From positions 192,001 through 256,000 of the forward strand of contig CAWAWS010000033.1 of assembly GCA_963785725.1 (NCBI GenBank): a DNA stretch of 64,000 bases, read 5' to 3'. The translations under genes and the position numbers were made by a program. This DNA is from an uncultured delta proteobacterium. GTDB lineage: Bacteria > Myxococcota_A > Polyangia > Palsa-1104. Each line of letters begins with the position of its first letter. Position 1 is the stretch's first letter. This document shows positions 48,044 through 59,100 of the stretch, one piece after another. The notes below the pieces were generated by a model, which saw nothing but the letters and a program-made list of their open reading frames with translations, did no database searches and was not told the origin of the DNA.

Positions 48044-48577
48044 CTATAGCGTCAGGCGAATTTTCTGACCGCCGACGGAGGCATTGACCATGGCGCCGTG
48101 GATGGGCATGACGAAGACCGCCGTCCCTTTGTCGAACGTCGCCTGCGCCGCCGTGCCCGTGCGCACAATGGTGGCGGAGGCCTTGGCGCCGAAGTCATAA
48201 CGGCCATCGCGCAGATCATCGAGCGCCTTCTGATCGTTCACCACCACGACCTCGGCGTAGCGCTGCCCGCCGGCCAACGCGCCGGCCTCGAGCTGCTTCA
48301 GCTCGGCGAAGTGCGTGGCGCCGCTCTTCTCGAAGAGCACGCCGGCCCCCGAGCCGCCGCCGATCAAGAAGCCGCCTTGACCGATCTTGGGGAAGACGAT
48401 GTAGCCGACCGCGTTCTCGATCAGCGGCTGCAGCGTCGGATCGCGCCGCTGCATCTCTTGCAGCGTCTGGTGCGCCTCGCGGCGCAGATCGGCGCGCGCA
48501 CCGGGTTGCGTCGGCGAGTGAGCGCAACCGAGCGCTCCCAAGCCGAGCAAAGCAAACAGACCAATCACGAGTTTCAT
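48044..48577 (-). CDS. SYLF/Ysc84 lipid-binding domain lipoprotein
   Basis: Lipobox ALGC, YIVFP.I..GGFLIGG..G.GVL, G.M.NASVGGQK. Confidence 0.8.
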   Translation of the reverse strand: MKLVIGLFALLGLGALGCAHSPTQPGARADLRREAHQTLQEMQRRDPTLQPLIENAVGYIVFPKIGQGGFLIGGGSGAGVLFEKSGATHFAELKQLEAGALAGGQRYAEVVVVNDQKALDDLRDGRYDFGAKASATIVRTGTAAQATFDKGTAVFVMPIHGAMVNASVGGQKIRLTL

Positions 48578-48699
48578 GGCTCTCTCCTTTTCTGTGCTCG
48601 AGCTTTGGGCAATGCAGCCGGTGGGCCACCCGGCGCGCCCGCAGTCGGCGCGCTAGACGAGCGGCTGGCCACGCGGTCGCTCGCTCGACGGCCGGTCGG

Positions 48700-49461
48700 T
48701 CACGGAGCGACCGGCGCCGGACCCGGCATCGGGCTGCCCGGAATCTCACCACGCGCACGCAGCGCCTGCTTCTCTTCGGCATGGAGCGGCCGCGCCAGCC
48801 AGCCGGCGATGGCGGCGCCGCTCAGCGGCGCCAGCCAGAACAGCCACAGCTGCGCCAGCGCCCAGCCGCCGACGAACAGCGCCGGCGCCGTCGAGCGTGC
48901 CGGATTCACCGACGTGTTCGTAATCGGGATGCCGATGAGATGGACCAACGTCAGCGTGAGGCCGACCGCGATGCCCGCTTGCGTCGTCGAGGCCGAGCGC
49001 GACGTCGCGCCCAGGATGACCGTCAGAAACACGAAGGTCAGGATCACTTCGGCCAACAGCGCCGCCGGCATTGAATAGCCGCCCGGTGAATGCGCGCCAT
49101 ATCCGTTGGCCGCCAATCCGGCGACATGCACGTCATAGCCGCCCGGTGCGCCATGCGCGAGGATGAGCACCGCCGCCGAGCCGAGCACGGCGCCGAAGAG
49201 CTGCACCGCGATGTAAGACGGCACGTCGCGCCACGCGAAACGACGGGCGCAGGCGAGCCCTATCGTGACCGCCGGGTTGAAGTGCGCGCCCGAAATCGGA
49301 CCCAGCGCGTAAACGCCCGCCAAAACCGTCAGTCCGAAGGCCAACGCGACGCCGGCAAAGCCGATGCCCGTCGCCGGAAACTTCGCGGCGAACACGGCGG
49401 CGCCGGTGCCGCCGAAGACGAGAATGAACGTGCCCAGCGCTTCTGCGGTCAGCTTTCGCAT
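48700..49461 (-). CDS. aqpZ: Aquaporin Z
   Basis: AEALGTF, HFNPAVT, NTSVNPARS, NGYGAHSPGGYS, QLWLFW. Confidence 0.96.
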   Translation of the reverse strand: MRKLTAEALGTFILVFGGTGAAVFAAKFPATGIGFAGVALAFGLTVLAGVYALGPISGAHFNPAVTIGLACARRFAWRDVPSYIAVQLFGAVLGSAAVLILAHGAPGGYDVHVAGLAANGYGAHSPGGYSMPAALLAEVILTFVFLTVILGATSRSASTTQAGIAVGLTLTLVHLIGIPITNTSVNPARSTAPALFVGGWALAQLWLFWLAPLSGAAIAGWLARPLHAEEKQALRARGEIPGSPMPGPAPVAP

Positions 49462-49807
49462 GGCCTCCTCCTTTTCGGGCGCAGCACGACAGCTCGCCGC
49501 ACCGTGGTCGCATTCCTCGTCAAAAGTACGTCGCTAAGGGGAATGGCTATCGGCTGGCCAGCTGATTCCGGCGAAATCGCCGACCGCTCGGACAGCGATC
49601 GAGCACGCACCCGCGCTTCCGCGTCGACGCGCGAGACAAGCCGGTTTGCGCGTGCGAATTACGTGGCGCTCGATACGCAAATCACACGCGCACGCGCGAC
49701 GAGAGCGTGAATTCCCGCATGATTCACCGGGTCGCGACGGCTGCGCCTCAGTATTTGCCGAGCCGTTGCTTGATTCCTCACCGGCGCGCACGCATCCTGC
49801 CGGCGCC

Positions 49808-51313
49808 ATGACAGAGCCGCAAGCCTTCGGTCGCTACGAGCTCGTGCGACGCTTGGCGGCGGGCGGCATGGCGGAGCTGTTCATCGCGCGCCAGCGCTCG
49901 GTGTCGGGCTTCGAGAAGCAGCTCGTCATCAAGCGCATCCTCGCCAATCGCGCGCGCGACGCGGACTTCGTGCGCATGTTCCTCGACGAAGCGCGCGTCG
50001 CGGCCACGCTCGATCATCCCAACATCGTGCAGATCTACGACGTCGGTCATGTCGACGACGAGTACTTCATCGCGATGGAGCACATCCCGGGCAAGAACCT
50101 GGTCGAGATCTTGCGCGCCGGCTATCGCACGGGAACGGCGGCGCTGCCGCTGGCGCAGGCGGTCGGCATCGCCGGCGCGGTCTGCTCGGGCCTGCATTTC
50201 GCGCACGACAAGCGCGACTTCGACGGCCGGCCGCTCGGCATCGTGCATCGCGACGTCACGCCGCAGAACATCATGGTCACGTTCGACGGCGGCGTGAAGC
50301 TGGTCGACTTCGGCATCGCCAAAGCGGCGTCGCGCGAAGTGGAGACGATGTCGGGCACGCTCAAAGGCAAGATGGGCTACATGTCGCCCGAGCAGTGCCG
50401 CGGCCTCGCGGTCGATCGACGCAGCGACATCTTCGCGCTCGGCGTCGTCCTGTACGAGCTGACGACCGGCAAGCGGCTCTACCGCGAGAAGTCCGAGTTC
50501 GAGACGCTCAAGAAGATCGTCGACGGGCCAGTGCCGTCGCTGCGCGAGGTCGATCCGCAGCTGCCCGAGGAGCTCGACGCGATCATCGCGCGCTGCCTGC
50601 AAAAGGATCCCAACGATCGCTTTCCCGACGCCCGCTCGCTGCACGAGGCGCTGGAGACGCTGGCGCAGTGGCGCGCGCTGGCGACGGGCACGATGGCGCT
50701 GGCGCAGTGGATGGAGCGGCTCTTTCCCGACGAGCAGACGCCGCAGCCGGCGCCGCCCGTCGACGGCACGAGCAGCGTCACGCGGCCGAGCTACGGCTAC
50801 GTCGGCGAAGCCTCGCGGCGGCGCCAAGTTCCGCCCATCGACGAAGCGCGGCGCAAGCGCGGCTGGCGGCGGCTGTTCGCGGTCGCCGGCGTCGCCGTCG
50901 TCGCGGGCGCGGGCTTGTGGGCCTATCGCACGTGGCCGCTGCGCGCGCAGCCGGCGACCATGACCGCGCCGGCGACCGTCGGTCTGGCGACGGCGCCGGA
51001 CTCGTCCGGCCCGCAGCCGCTGGAAGCGGCGACGCTCGATCAGCCGGGCGACGCGCCGCCGCAGCTGGCCGAAGGCACGCCGCCGTCGCCGCCCGCGCAG
51101 GCGCTGCCGCTGTCGCCGACCATCGTCTGCCGCCTGCTCGTCGGCAGCGACGGCGCCGTGCGCAAGGCGCAGATTTTCCGCTCGCGCCTCGAGCTGGCGC
51201 AATACGAAGACGCGGCGCTGGCGGCCGTGCAGCGTTATCGCTTCACGCCCGCGCGTCACGCCGGTCAGCCGGTCGCGGTGTGGCTCGATTGGCCCGTGCA
51301 GTTCGCGCGCTGA
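49808..51313 (+). CDS. Ser/Thr kinase with TM, Pro-rich linker and TonB C-terminal domain
   Basis: LAAGGMAEL, HRDVTPQN, DFGIAK, GYMSPEQ; C-terminal LVGSDGAV ... DAALAAVQRYRFTPAR..GQPVAV...PVQF. Confidence 0.9.
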   Translation: MTEPQAFGRYELVRRLAAGGMAELFIARQRSVSGFEKQLVIKRILANRARDADFVRMFLDEARVAATLDHPNIVQIYDVGHVDDEYFIAMEHIPGKNLVEILRAGYRTGTAALPLAQAVGIAGAVCSGLHFAHDKRDFDGRPLGIVHRDVTPQNIMVTFDGGVKLVDFGIAKAASREVETMSGTLKGKMGYMSPEQCRGLAVDRRSDIFALGVVLYELTTGKRLYREKSEFETLKKIVDGPVPSLREVDPQLPEELDAIIARCLQKDPNDRFPDARSLHEALETLAQWRALATGTMALAQWMERLFPDEQTPQPAPPVDGTSSVTRPSYGYVGEASRRRQVPPIDEARRKRGWRRLFAVAGVAVVAGAGLWAYRTWPLRAQPATMTAPATVGLATAPDSSGPQPLEAATLDQPGDAPPQLAEGTPPSPPAQALPLSPTIVCRLLVGSDGAVRKAQIFRSRLELAQYEDAALAAVQRYRFTPARHAGQPVAVWLDWPVQFAR

Positions 51314-51358
51314 ATCGATCGCCAAATAGTTCGCGCTACGAACCAAATGGGAGGACAC

Positions 51359-52601
51359 ATGCGCGCGTTGATTTTGGCGCTGTCCGTGATCGCGACGTCG
51401 GCGAGCGCGGAGGAGATCGTCGTCAAAGGCTCCGACACCGTCGGTGGCGAGCTGGGGCCGGCGCTGGCCAAAGGCTTCGAGGCGCTGCATCCGGGCGCGC
51501 ACGTGCGCTGGGAAGCGCTGGGCTCGAAGACGGCGTTCGGCGGCCTCTTCGACGGCTCGGCGGCGCTGGGCGCGTCGTCGCGGCCGGTCTCGCCCGCCGA
51601 GCTGGCGGAGGCGACGCGGCTCGGCGTGAAGCTGCAGGAGCTCATCATCGGCTACGACGGGCTGTCGATCATCGTGCATCCGTCGAATCCGCTGCCGAGC
51701 TTGACGATGGCGCAGCTGGCCGACCTCTACAGCGGCAAAATTCAAAACTGGAAGGAGCTCGGCGGCGCGGATGTGCCGGTGCTGCTCTTGGCGCGGCCGC
51801 CCTACTCGGGCACGCGCACGTTCTTCGAAGAGAAGGCGCTTTCCATCGGCGTCGTTGGCGGCGGCAAGCGGGCGTTGGCGAGCTCGGCGAAGCTGTACGA
51901 GCACAATCAGGAGATCGTGGCCGAGGTCGCGCGCACGCCGGGCGCGGTCGGCTTCGTCGGCGTCGCGTCGGTCAATCCGACCGTGCGCGCGCTGCCGCTG
52001 GCGGCGACGGCGGGCGCGCCGCCGCGCAAGCCGGACGCGGCCGCCGTGCGCGACGGCACCTATCCGCTCTATCGGCCGCTCTATCTCTACGTTCGCGCGG
52101 GAATTCGCGGGCTGCCGGCCGAGTCTGGCGCGCTTCGTCCTGTCGCCGGCGGGGCAAGACATCGTGACGGCGATCGGCTTCGTGCGGCTCGAACGCTCGG
52201 CGCCGGTGCCGCAGCTGGGCGAGGCCGAGGTGGCGGCGGCGCCGGCGCGGCCGCCGGTGCGCGTCTTCTTCGTCAGCGGCGGCGCGGCGCTGACGCGCGC
52301 GAGCAAGCTGGCGCTGGAGCGGCTGGTGCCGTCGCTGCAGGCCGACGAGCGGCTGCTCGTCGTCGGCAACGCCGACGGTCGCGGCGTCTCGGCGCACAAC
52401 GACACGCTGTCGAAGCAGCGCGCCGAGCTCGTCGCCGACTACTTGCGGACGATCGGCCTCGACGGCGCGCGGCTCGACGTCGAAGGCGCGGGCGCGGCGG
52501 CGCCGATCGCGACCAACGAGACGCGCGCCGGCCGCGAGCGCAACCGCCGCGTCGACGTCTACGTCGTGCACGGCGCCGCCCACGACGTCGCCGGCCGATG
52601 A
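51359..52601 (+). CDS. PstS-like phosphate-binding protein fused to an OmpA C-terminal domain; frameshift near 52115
   Basis: VKGSDT, GYDGLSIIVHPSNP, SGT..FF, YPLYRPLYLY; then in the 51771..52601 frame GNADGRG, N..LS.QRA, NRRVD. Confidence 0.82.
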
Positions 52602-52627
52602 CCGCAGCGCGGTGATATGTTGGCGGC

Positions 52628-53302
52628 GTGGATTCGCGTCGCGTCATCATCGTGCTCAGCGTCTCGCTGGCGGTGAGCTTGGTCGCCGTCGGCTTCTTGA
52701 TCGGCCGCGAATCGAATCTTCCGTCGCCGCTGATGAATGTACCCGTCATCGCGCCGGCGCTGCCGACCATCACCGCGCCGGCCGAGCCGGCGCCGCCACC
52801 GTCGATTGCGGCGGCGGCTTCGCCGGCGCGCCCGGCGCCGCCGAAGCCGCCGACGGGCCCGCATCGGCTGACGGCGCCGTCGCCGCTGCCGGCCGACGGC
52901 GACACGAGCGAGAAGGCCGCGGTCGAGCGCTACTTCGCCGCCACCGATCCGCTGCAGAACGCCGACGTCGACAATCCGGAAGCGGCGGGAAATTCGCTGA
53001 TGGAGGCGGCCAGCTCCGGCGATCTGTCGGGGCTGCGCGCGCTCACCGCCAAAGCGCGCGCCGCCGAGGCCAAGGCGCGCGCGCTGACGCCGCCGCCGGC
53101 GTGTGCGGCTTATCACCAGCAGCTGCTGCGCTTGCTCGGGCAGAATCGCGGGCTGTTCCAACGGCTCGAGAGCGGCATCGGCGGCGGCGACGTGGGCGAG
53201 CTGCCGGCGCTGCTCGAGCAGGCCAACGGCGCCAAGGCGCACGCCGATGCCTTGGCGCGCGAGGAGCACGCGGTCAAAAAGCGCTTCGGCATCAGCCGCT
53301 GA
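52628..53302 (+). CDS. Hypothetical membrane-anchored helical protein
   Basis: N-terminal TM, Pro-rich linker, helical C-terminus, GC-rich third positions. Confidence 0.65.
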   Translation: MDSRRVIIVLSVSLAVSLVAVGFLIGRESNLPSPLMNVPVIAPALPTITAPAEPAPPPSIAAAASPARPAPPKPPTGPHRLTAPSPLPADGDTSEKAAVERYFAATDPLQNADVDNPEAAGNSLMEAASSGDLSGLRALTAKARAAEAKARALTPPPACAAYHQQLLRLLGQNRGLFQRLESGIGGGDVGELPALLEQANGAKAHADALAREEHAVKKRFGISR

Positions 53303-53474
53303 GACCAACGTAAAGGTCGCGTAAAGCGCGGCTGCGATCGCGCGCACACGTCGACTCGCGGCGTCGTTCGGAAGCGGTACAGCTGTCGCCGGCGCGGACG
53401 GTCGCGGGCGCGCCATCGGCCGGCGCGAGCGCGTTTGCGGCGACGGTCCGAGATTCGCAATGGCGCCCTAGCGC

Positions 53475-54261
53475 ATGCGTCGCTCGCTCGCCGTCGCTTC
53501 CGTGTTGCTGCTGTCGTCGTGCGCCGGCGTCGTGACCACGACCGTCGCGCCCGGCCACGCGGCCGTCATGACGACCGCCGACGGCGAGCACCTCATCCTG
53601 CGCGAGGGCATGACCGACGTGCCCGACTCGGCGCATGTCGACGACTTCGATCTGACGCAACAAGCGGCCGGCGGCACGTTCACGGCGACGACGGCCGATG
53701 GCGCGCGCGTCGTCGTGCACGATCCGACGGTCAGCTACACCCTCGTCGCCGATGAGCTCGTCGCTGCCGACGGCGAGCTCGGGCCCGATCGCTGGCGCGC
53801 GATCGTCGCGCCCATCGTGCAGGCGACGATCGCCGGCGTGCTCGCGACCTATCGCTTCGACGAGCTGACGCCGAGGAATCTGCGGGCGGCGCAGGCGCAG
53901 ATCACGGCGCTGGCGTTCGATCGGCTGCGGCCGTACCACTTGGCGCTGTCCGCGGTCGAGCTCAAAGGCGTGACCGCGCAGCTGCCGGAGCTGGCGCGCG
54001 CCGTGACGGCGACGTCGGTGTGGCAGGAGCGCAGCGCGGCGGCGCGGCTGGCGCTCGACGTCGCGCGCCAACAGGCCGACGGCCTGCGCGCGCAAGCCGC
54101 CGGGCTCGCCTCCGGCTACGCCAGCGTCGCGCCGACGCTGACGCCGGCCGTGCTCGCAGGACCAAGCCGCCCGCGCCTGGCAAGCGCTGCATCACCGTCG
54201 CCGGCGACCGCCGTGCTCATGACGAACGACCGTTCACCACAACTGGAGGTCGTCGCCATGA
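53475..54261 (+). CDS. Divergent SPFH/prohibitin-like lipoprotein 1 (indels near the 3' end)
   Basis: Lipobox LSSC and a layout parallel to the next gene. It probably ends at the TGA overlapping the ATG at 54258. Confidence 0.6.
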
Positions 54262-55074
54262 AGAATTCTCTGCTGCTTTTGGGCGTCACGCTGCTCGGCG
54301 GCTGCGCCAGCACCACCGTCGGGCCGGGACAGATCGGCGTGCTTGTGGACCGCCGCCGGCGGCACGCAGCTCGCAGACGTTCGGCGAGGGCGCGCACAAC
54401 CTGGCCGGCGACGACGTCATGTCGATCTTCGACCTGCGCACGACCAGCCACGACGAGGCGCTGGCCGTCATCGCGTCCAACGGCCTCGGCATCAAGCTCG
54501 ACGCGTCGATCTCTGTATCACCTCGACCCGCGCGAGGTCGTGCAGCTGCAAAAGGAGATCGGGCCCGAGTATTACGCCAAGATCTTGGCGCCGGTGTTGC
54601 GCTCGGAGGCGCGGCGGGTCATCGGGCAGTACACGCCGGAAGAGATCTATTCGACCAAGCGCGATCTCATCGAGCGGCAGATCTTCGACGGGCTGAGCAA
54701 GAAGATCGCGGGGCGTCACATCGTGCTCGAGGCGGTGCTGATTCGCGGCGTCGAGCTGCCGGATGCCATCGAGCGGGCCATCGATCAGAAGCTGCAAGCG
54801 GAGCAGGAGGTGCTTGAAGATGAAGTACGTGCTCGAGGTGGCCAAGGCGAAGGCCGACGAGCAGCGCATCGAGGCGCAAGGTGTCGCCGACTACAACAAG
54901 ACCGTCGCCAACAGCTTGAGCCCGGCGATCCTCGAGTTCCAGCGCACGCAGCAGCTCGGGCAGCTGGCGACGTCGGCGAACGCCAAGACGGTCGTCATGG
55001 GAGCGGGCACGACGCCGACTGTGACTTTGGCTGCAAATCCGTCGTCGTCGTCGTCGGGCTCGCGGCCGCAGTAG
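54258..55074 (+). CDS. SPFH/prohibitin-family lipoprotein 2 (several frameshifts)
   Basis: GGAGG RBS, lipobox LGGC, GPEYYAKI..P.LRSEAR.VIG.Y.PEE.YSTKR, AI.QKL.AEQ, IEAQGVA; pieces lie in different frames. Confidence 0.82.
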
Positions 55075-55209
55075 CGCCGATTCTCGGTTGTCGCCGCTCA
55101 GCCACGGGCGTAAAGTGCACAGCTGGCAACGGATTCGCCGGGCGGGAGGCGCGAGCGTGGTCGACGACGGCGGCAAGAGCGCGTGCCCGGCGCGGCCGGA
55201 GACGGCCAC

Positions 55210-56145
55210 ATGAGCGCGCCCCGACGGCGCCTGTTGGCGATCGTCAACCCGATCGCCGGTCGCGGCGCGCACGCGCGCACCCGCCGGCAGCTCGACGAGC
55301 TGGCTAGGCGCGCCGGCGTCACCATCGAGACGCGCGCCACCGAGCGCGCCGGTCACGCCGCCGAGCTCGCCGGCCACGCGCGCGGCCAAGGCTTCGACGC
55401 CGTCATCTGCTGCGGCGGCGACGGCACCGTCAACGAGACCATCAACGGCCTCGGCGCCGGCGGCCTGCCGCTCGTCGTCGTCCCAGCCGGCACCGGCAAC
55501 GCGCTCGCCCGCGAGATTGGCGCGCCCGGCGACGCGCGCGGCTGGGCGCCGGCCTTGCGCGCCTGGCAGCTGCGCACCCGCGACCTCGGCCGCTTGCAGG
55601 ACGAACGGCTGTTCGCCTGCTTCGTCGGCGCCGGCTTCGACGCCGAGTGCGTGCGCGTCTATCGCGAGCTGCGCACGGGCGCCATTCACCCGCTGCGCTA
55701 TATGCTGATGATGCGCGGGATCATGAACCGCTCGCTCGCGCGCGCCGACTTCTCGACCTTGCAGCTGACCGTCGACGGCGCGCCGGCGGTCGATCACGGC
55801 AGCTACGCGCTCGTCGCCATCTCGCCCGTGTTCGGCGGGCCCATCCGCTTCATCCGCGACGCCGCGCCCGCCGACGGCCGCTTCGACGGCCTGGCGCTGA
55901 CGGCGCGGGTCAGCCAAGCGATCGTCTTCCGCATGCTGGCGCTCGGCCTCTTCGACTGGCGCTCTGCGCGCGGCGACCTGCACCGCGTCCAAGGCGCGCG
56001 CATCGACATCGCCACGTCCGAGCGCGTGCCCTATCAGGTCGACGGCGACTTCGCCGGCTACTTGCCGATCGCGATGCAGATCGTGCCGGGCGGCCTGACG
56101 CTCATCGATCCGGCGGCCCACGCCACGGCCCGAGCAGCCGCATGA
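55210..56145 (+). CDS. Diacylglycerol/sphingosine kinase family lipid kinase (YegS/BmrU-like)
   Basis: IVNPIAG, GGDGTVNE, PAGTGNALA, GAGFDA, YQVDGD. Confidence 0.92.
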   Translation: MSAPRRRLLAIVNPIAGRGAHARTRRQLDELARRAGVTIETRATERAGHAAELAGHARGQGFDAVICCGGDGTVNETINGLGAGGLPLVVVPAGTGNALAREIGAPGDARGWAPALRAWQLRTRDLGRLQDERLFACFVGAGFDAECVRVYRELRTGAIHPLRYMLMMRGIMNRSLARADFSTLQLTVDGAPAVDHGSYALVAISPVFGGPIRFIRDAAPADGRFDGLALTARVSQAIVFRMLALGLFDWRSARGDLHRVQGARIDIATSERVPYQVDGDFAGYLPIAMQIVPGGLTLIDPAAHATARAAA

Positions 56146-59100
56146 ACGGCGCCACCGCCGAGTTCGATCGCGACCGCTTCCAGACGATCCGTCGGCTCGG
56201 CGTCGGGGGCATGGGCGTCGTCTACGAGGTGCTCGACGCCAGCGCAGCGTGCGCGTGGCGTTGAAGACGCTGCTCAAGGTGGACGCCGCCGGGCTCTACC
56301 GCTTCAAGCGCGAGTTCCGCGCGCTCGCCGACATCGCGCACCCGAACCTCGTCTCGCTCTACGAGCTGTGTCGAGCCGACGCGTGGTTCTTCACGATGGA
56401 GCTCGTCGACGGCGACGACTTCGTTCGCCACGTGCTGCAAGTCGCGGCGACGCGCGCGGCCGAGCCACGCGCCCGTCGACTACCTGGCGTGCACCGTCGC
56501 GCGACGACCTGGCGAGGCGGGCGTGGCGACGAGGGCGAGCTGTCGGCGGGGCGCGCGGCGTCGCCCGCCGACTTCGAGCAGCGTGCGCGCCGGCGCTGCG
56601 CCAGCTCGCCGAGGGCATGCCGCGCGCTGCACGCCGCCGGCAAGGTGCACCGCGACATCAAGCCGTCGAACGTGCTCGTCGCGCCGCGACGGGCGCGTCG
56701 TGCTCCTCGACTTCGGCGCTCGTCGAGCGAAGCGGCGCCCGGCCGGCGGCGCAAGGCGGGACGACGGACATCGTCGGGCACGATCGCGTACATGTCGCCC
56801 GAGCAGGCGTCGGCGCGAGGCGACCGGTCGGGCCGCGTCCGATTGGTAAGCGTCGGGCGCTGCTCTTTCGAGCGTCGATCGGGATGCTGCCGTTCGCCGG
56901 GACGGCGCTGAGAGCGTCCTCGAGCTCCGGCATGCACATGAGCGGCCGTCGCGCCGTCCGCGTGCGTGGACGGCTTGCCCGAGGACCTGAACGCGCTGTG
57001 CATGGCCCTCCTGCGCCCGACCCGGCGAGCCGGCCCGGGGCGAGCGACGTCCTGCGGCGGCTGGGCGGCGCGGCGCCCAGCGCGCCGTCCCCGCGCCGCC
57101 GCTCTCGCGCGGCGCGCGCGCGGCCGGCAGCTTCGTCGGCCGCGACCGCAGCTCGGGACGCTCGGCGGCGGTGCAAGCTCGAGGCGGCCGCGGACGGCGG
57201 TCGCGCACGGTGCGGCGCGGCCGAATCGGGCATCGGCAAGGCGCGCGTGCTCGATCATTTCCTGCAGGAGCAGGCGGCGGCGCACCCGACGACGACGTCG
57301 TCCTGCGCGGCCGCGCTACGAGCGCGAGTCGGTGCCCTACAAAGCGCTCGATCCGCTCGTCGATTCCTTGTGTCACCACCTCGGTCGGCTCGGGCCGCAC
57401 GAGTCGGCGGCGCTCTTGCCGCGGCATTTGTGGGCGCTGGCGCAGCTGTTTCCCGTGCTCGGCCGCGTCGAGGCCATGGCGCCGGTGCCGCACGACGACG
57501 CCGCGCAGCCGGAGCCGCGCGAAGTGCGCCGCCTGGCGCTGTTGGCGCTGCGCGAGCTGCTGGCGCGCATCGCCGATTGCCGCCTCGTCATCCTGGCCAT
57601 CGACGATCTGCAATGGGGCGACGCCGACTCGGGCGCGCTCTTGGCCGAGGCGCTGTCCGGTGACTCGGAGCCGATGTCGATCCTGCTCGTGCTCGCGTGT
57701 CGCGGCGAAGAGCGGGCGCGCAGCCCGTTCTTGGGCGCCTTTCGCGTCTCGCGGAACGTCGACGTGCGCGAGGTCGAGCTCGGTCCCTTGCCGCCGGCCG
57801 AGACGCGCGAGCTGGCGCGACGTCTCCTGCACGCCAGCGACAGCATCGTCGGCCCGACGGCGCAGCTGGCGCATACCGTGGCGCGCGAATCGGGCGGCAT
57901 TCCGCTGTTCGTCGGCGAGCTCATGCATTATCTGCCGAGCCTGCAAGCCAGCCGCGCCGAGAGCGGCGAGCGCGCCATCAAGTTCGAGGAGATGCTGGCG
58001 CAGCGACTGCAACCGCTGTCGGCGCACGAGCGGCGGCTGCTCGAGGTCGTGGCCGCGGCCAGCCGGCCCATCAGCGAAGATATCGCGGCCAAAGCCGCCG
58101 AGCTGCCGCCCGAGTCGCGCCAGCTGTCGTTCGATCGGCTGCGCGCCGCCAAGCTCGTCCGTCGCAGCGCCGACGGCGGCACGGTCGAGACGTTTCACGA
58201 TCGCATCCGCGAGGCGCTCTTGCAGATCATCGACGCCGGCGTCCTGCGCGAGCATCACCTGCGCCTCGCGCAGACGCTGGAAGAGGCGGACGAGGTCGAT
58301 CCCGAGCTGCTCGCCGCCCACTATGTCGCCGCCCATCAAGCCGACAACGCCGGCGTGTATGCGCTGCGCGCGGCCGATCAGGCGATGCAGGCGCTGGCGT
58401 TCGATCGCGCGGTGCGGCTCTATCGGCTGGCGCTCGAGCTCTTGCCCGACGATGACCGGGAGCGGCCGCGGCTGCACGCCGGCCTGGCCGACGCGCTCAG
58501 CTACATCGGCCGCTGCTCCGAAGCCGCCGTCTCGTACCTGAAAGCGGCGGAGATGGATCCGACCGATCGCAACCGCACCTGGCGACGATTGGCGGCCGAG
58601 CAGCTGCTCAAGAGCGGTCACCTCGACGAAGGCTTCGACGTCCTGCGCTCGCTCTTGACGAGCCTGGGCGTGACCTTGCCGCCGACGCGCCGCCGCGCCA
58701 TCGTCGGCGTCATCGGCAAGCGGACCTGGCTGCGCACGGTCGGCATCGGCTTTCGCCGCCGCGCCTCGTCGACGCTGACGCCGCTGGAAGCCGAGCGCAT
58801 CGACACCTGCTGGGGCCTCGGCACCTACTTGAGCTCGATCGATCCCATCTTGGGCGCCTATTTTCAGGCGAGCAGCTTGCATTTGTCGCTGCGCGCCGGC
58901 GATCCCTTCCGCATCACGCGCGCCCTGTCGAGCGAAGCCGCTTATTACTCGTTGCGCGGCGAGCGCGGCCGCCGGCACGTCGACAAGCTGCTCGGCGCCG
59001 CCCGCGAGCTGGCCAAAGAGATCGATCGGCCCTACACCTTCGCCTTCGTCGACTTGGTCGAGGGCATCATCGCCTTCATGTCCGAGGAGCGCTGGCACAA

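Noticed and set aside
53475..55307. Single 610-aa tandem SPFH fusion
   Set aside because: An internal RBS, ATG and second lipobox at 54258 and garbled junctions indicate two genes joined by indels.
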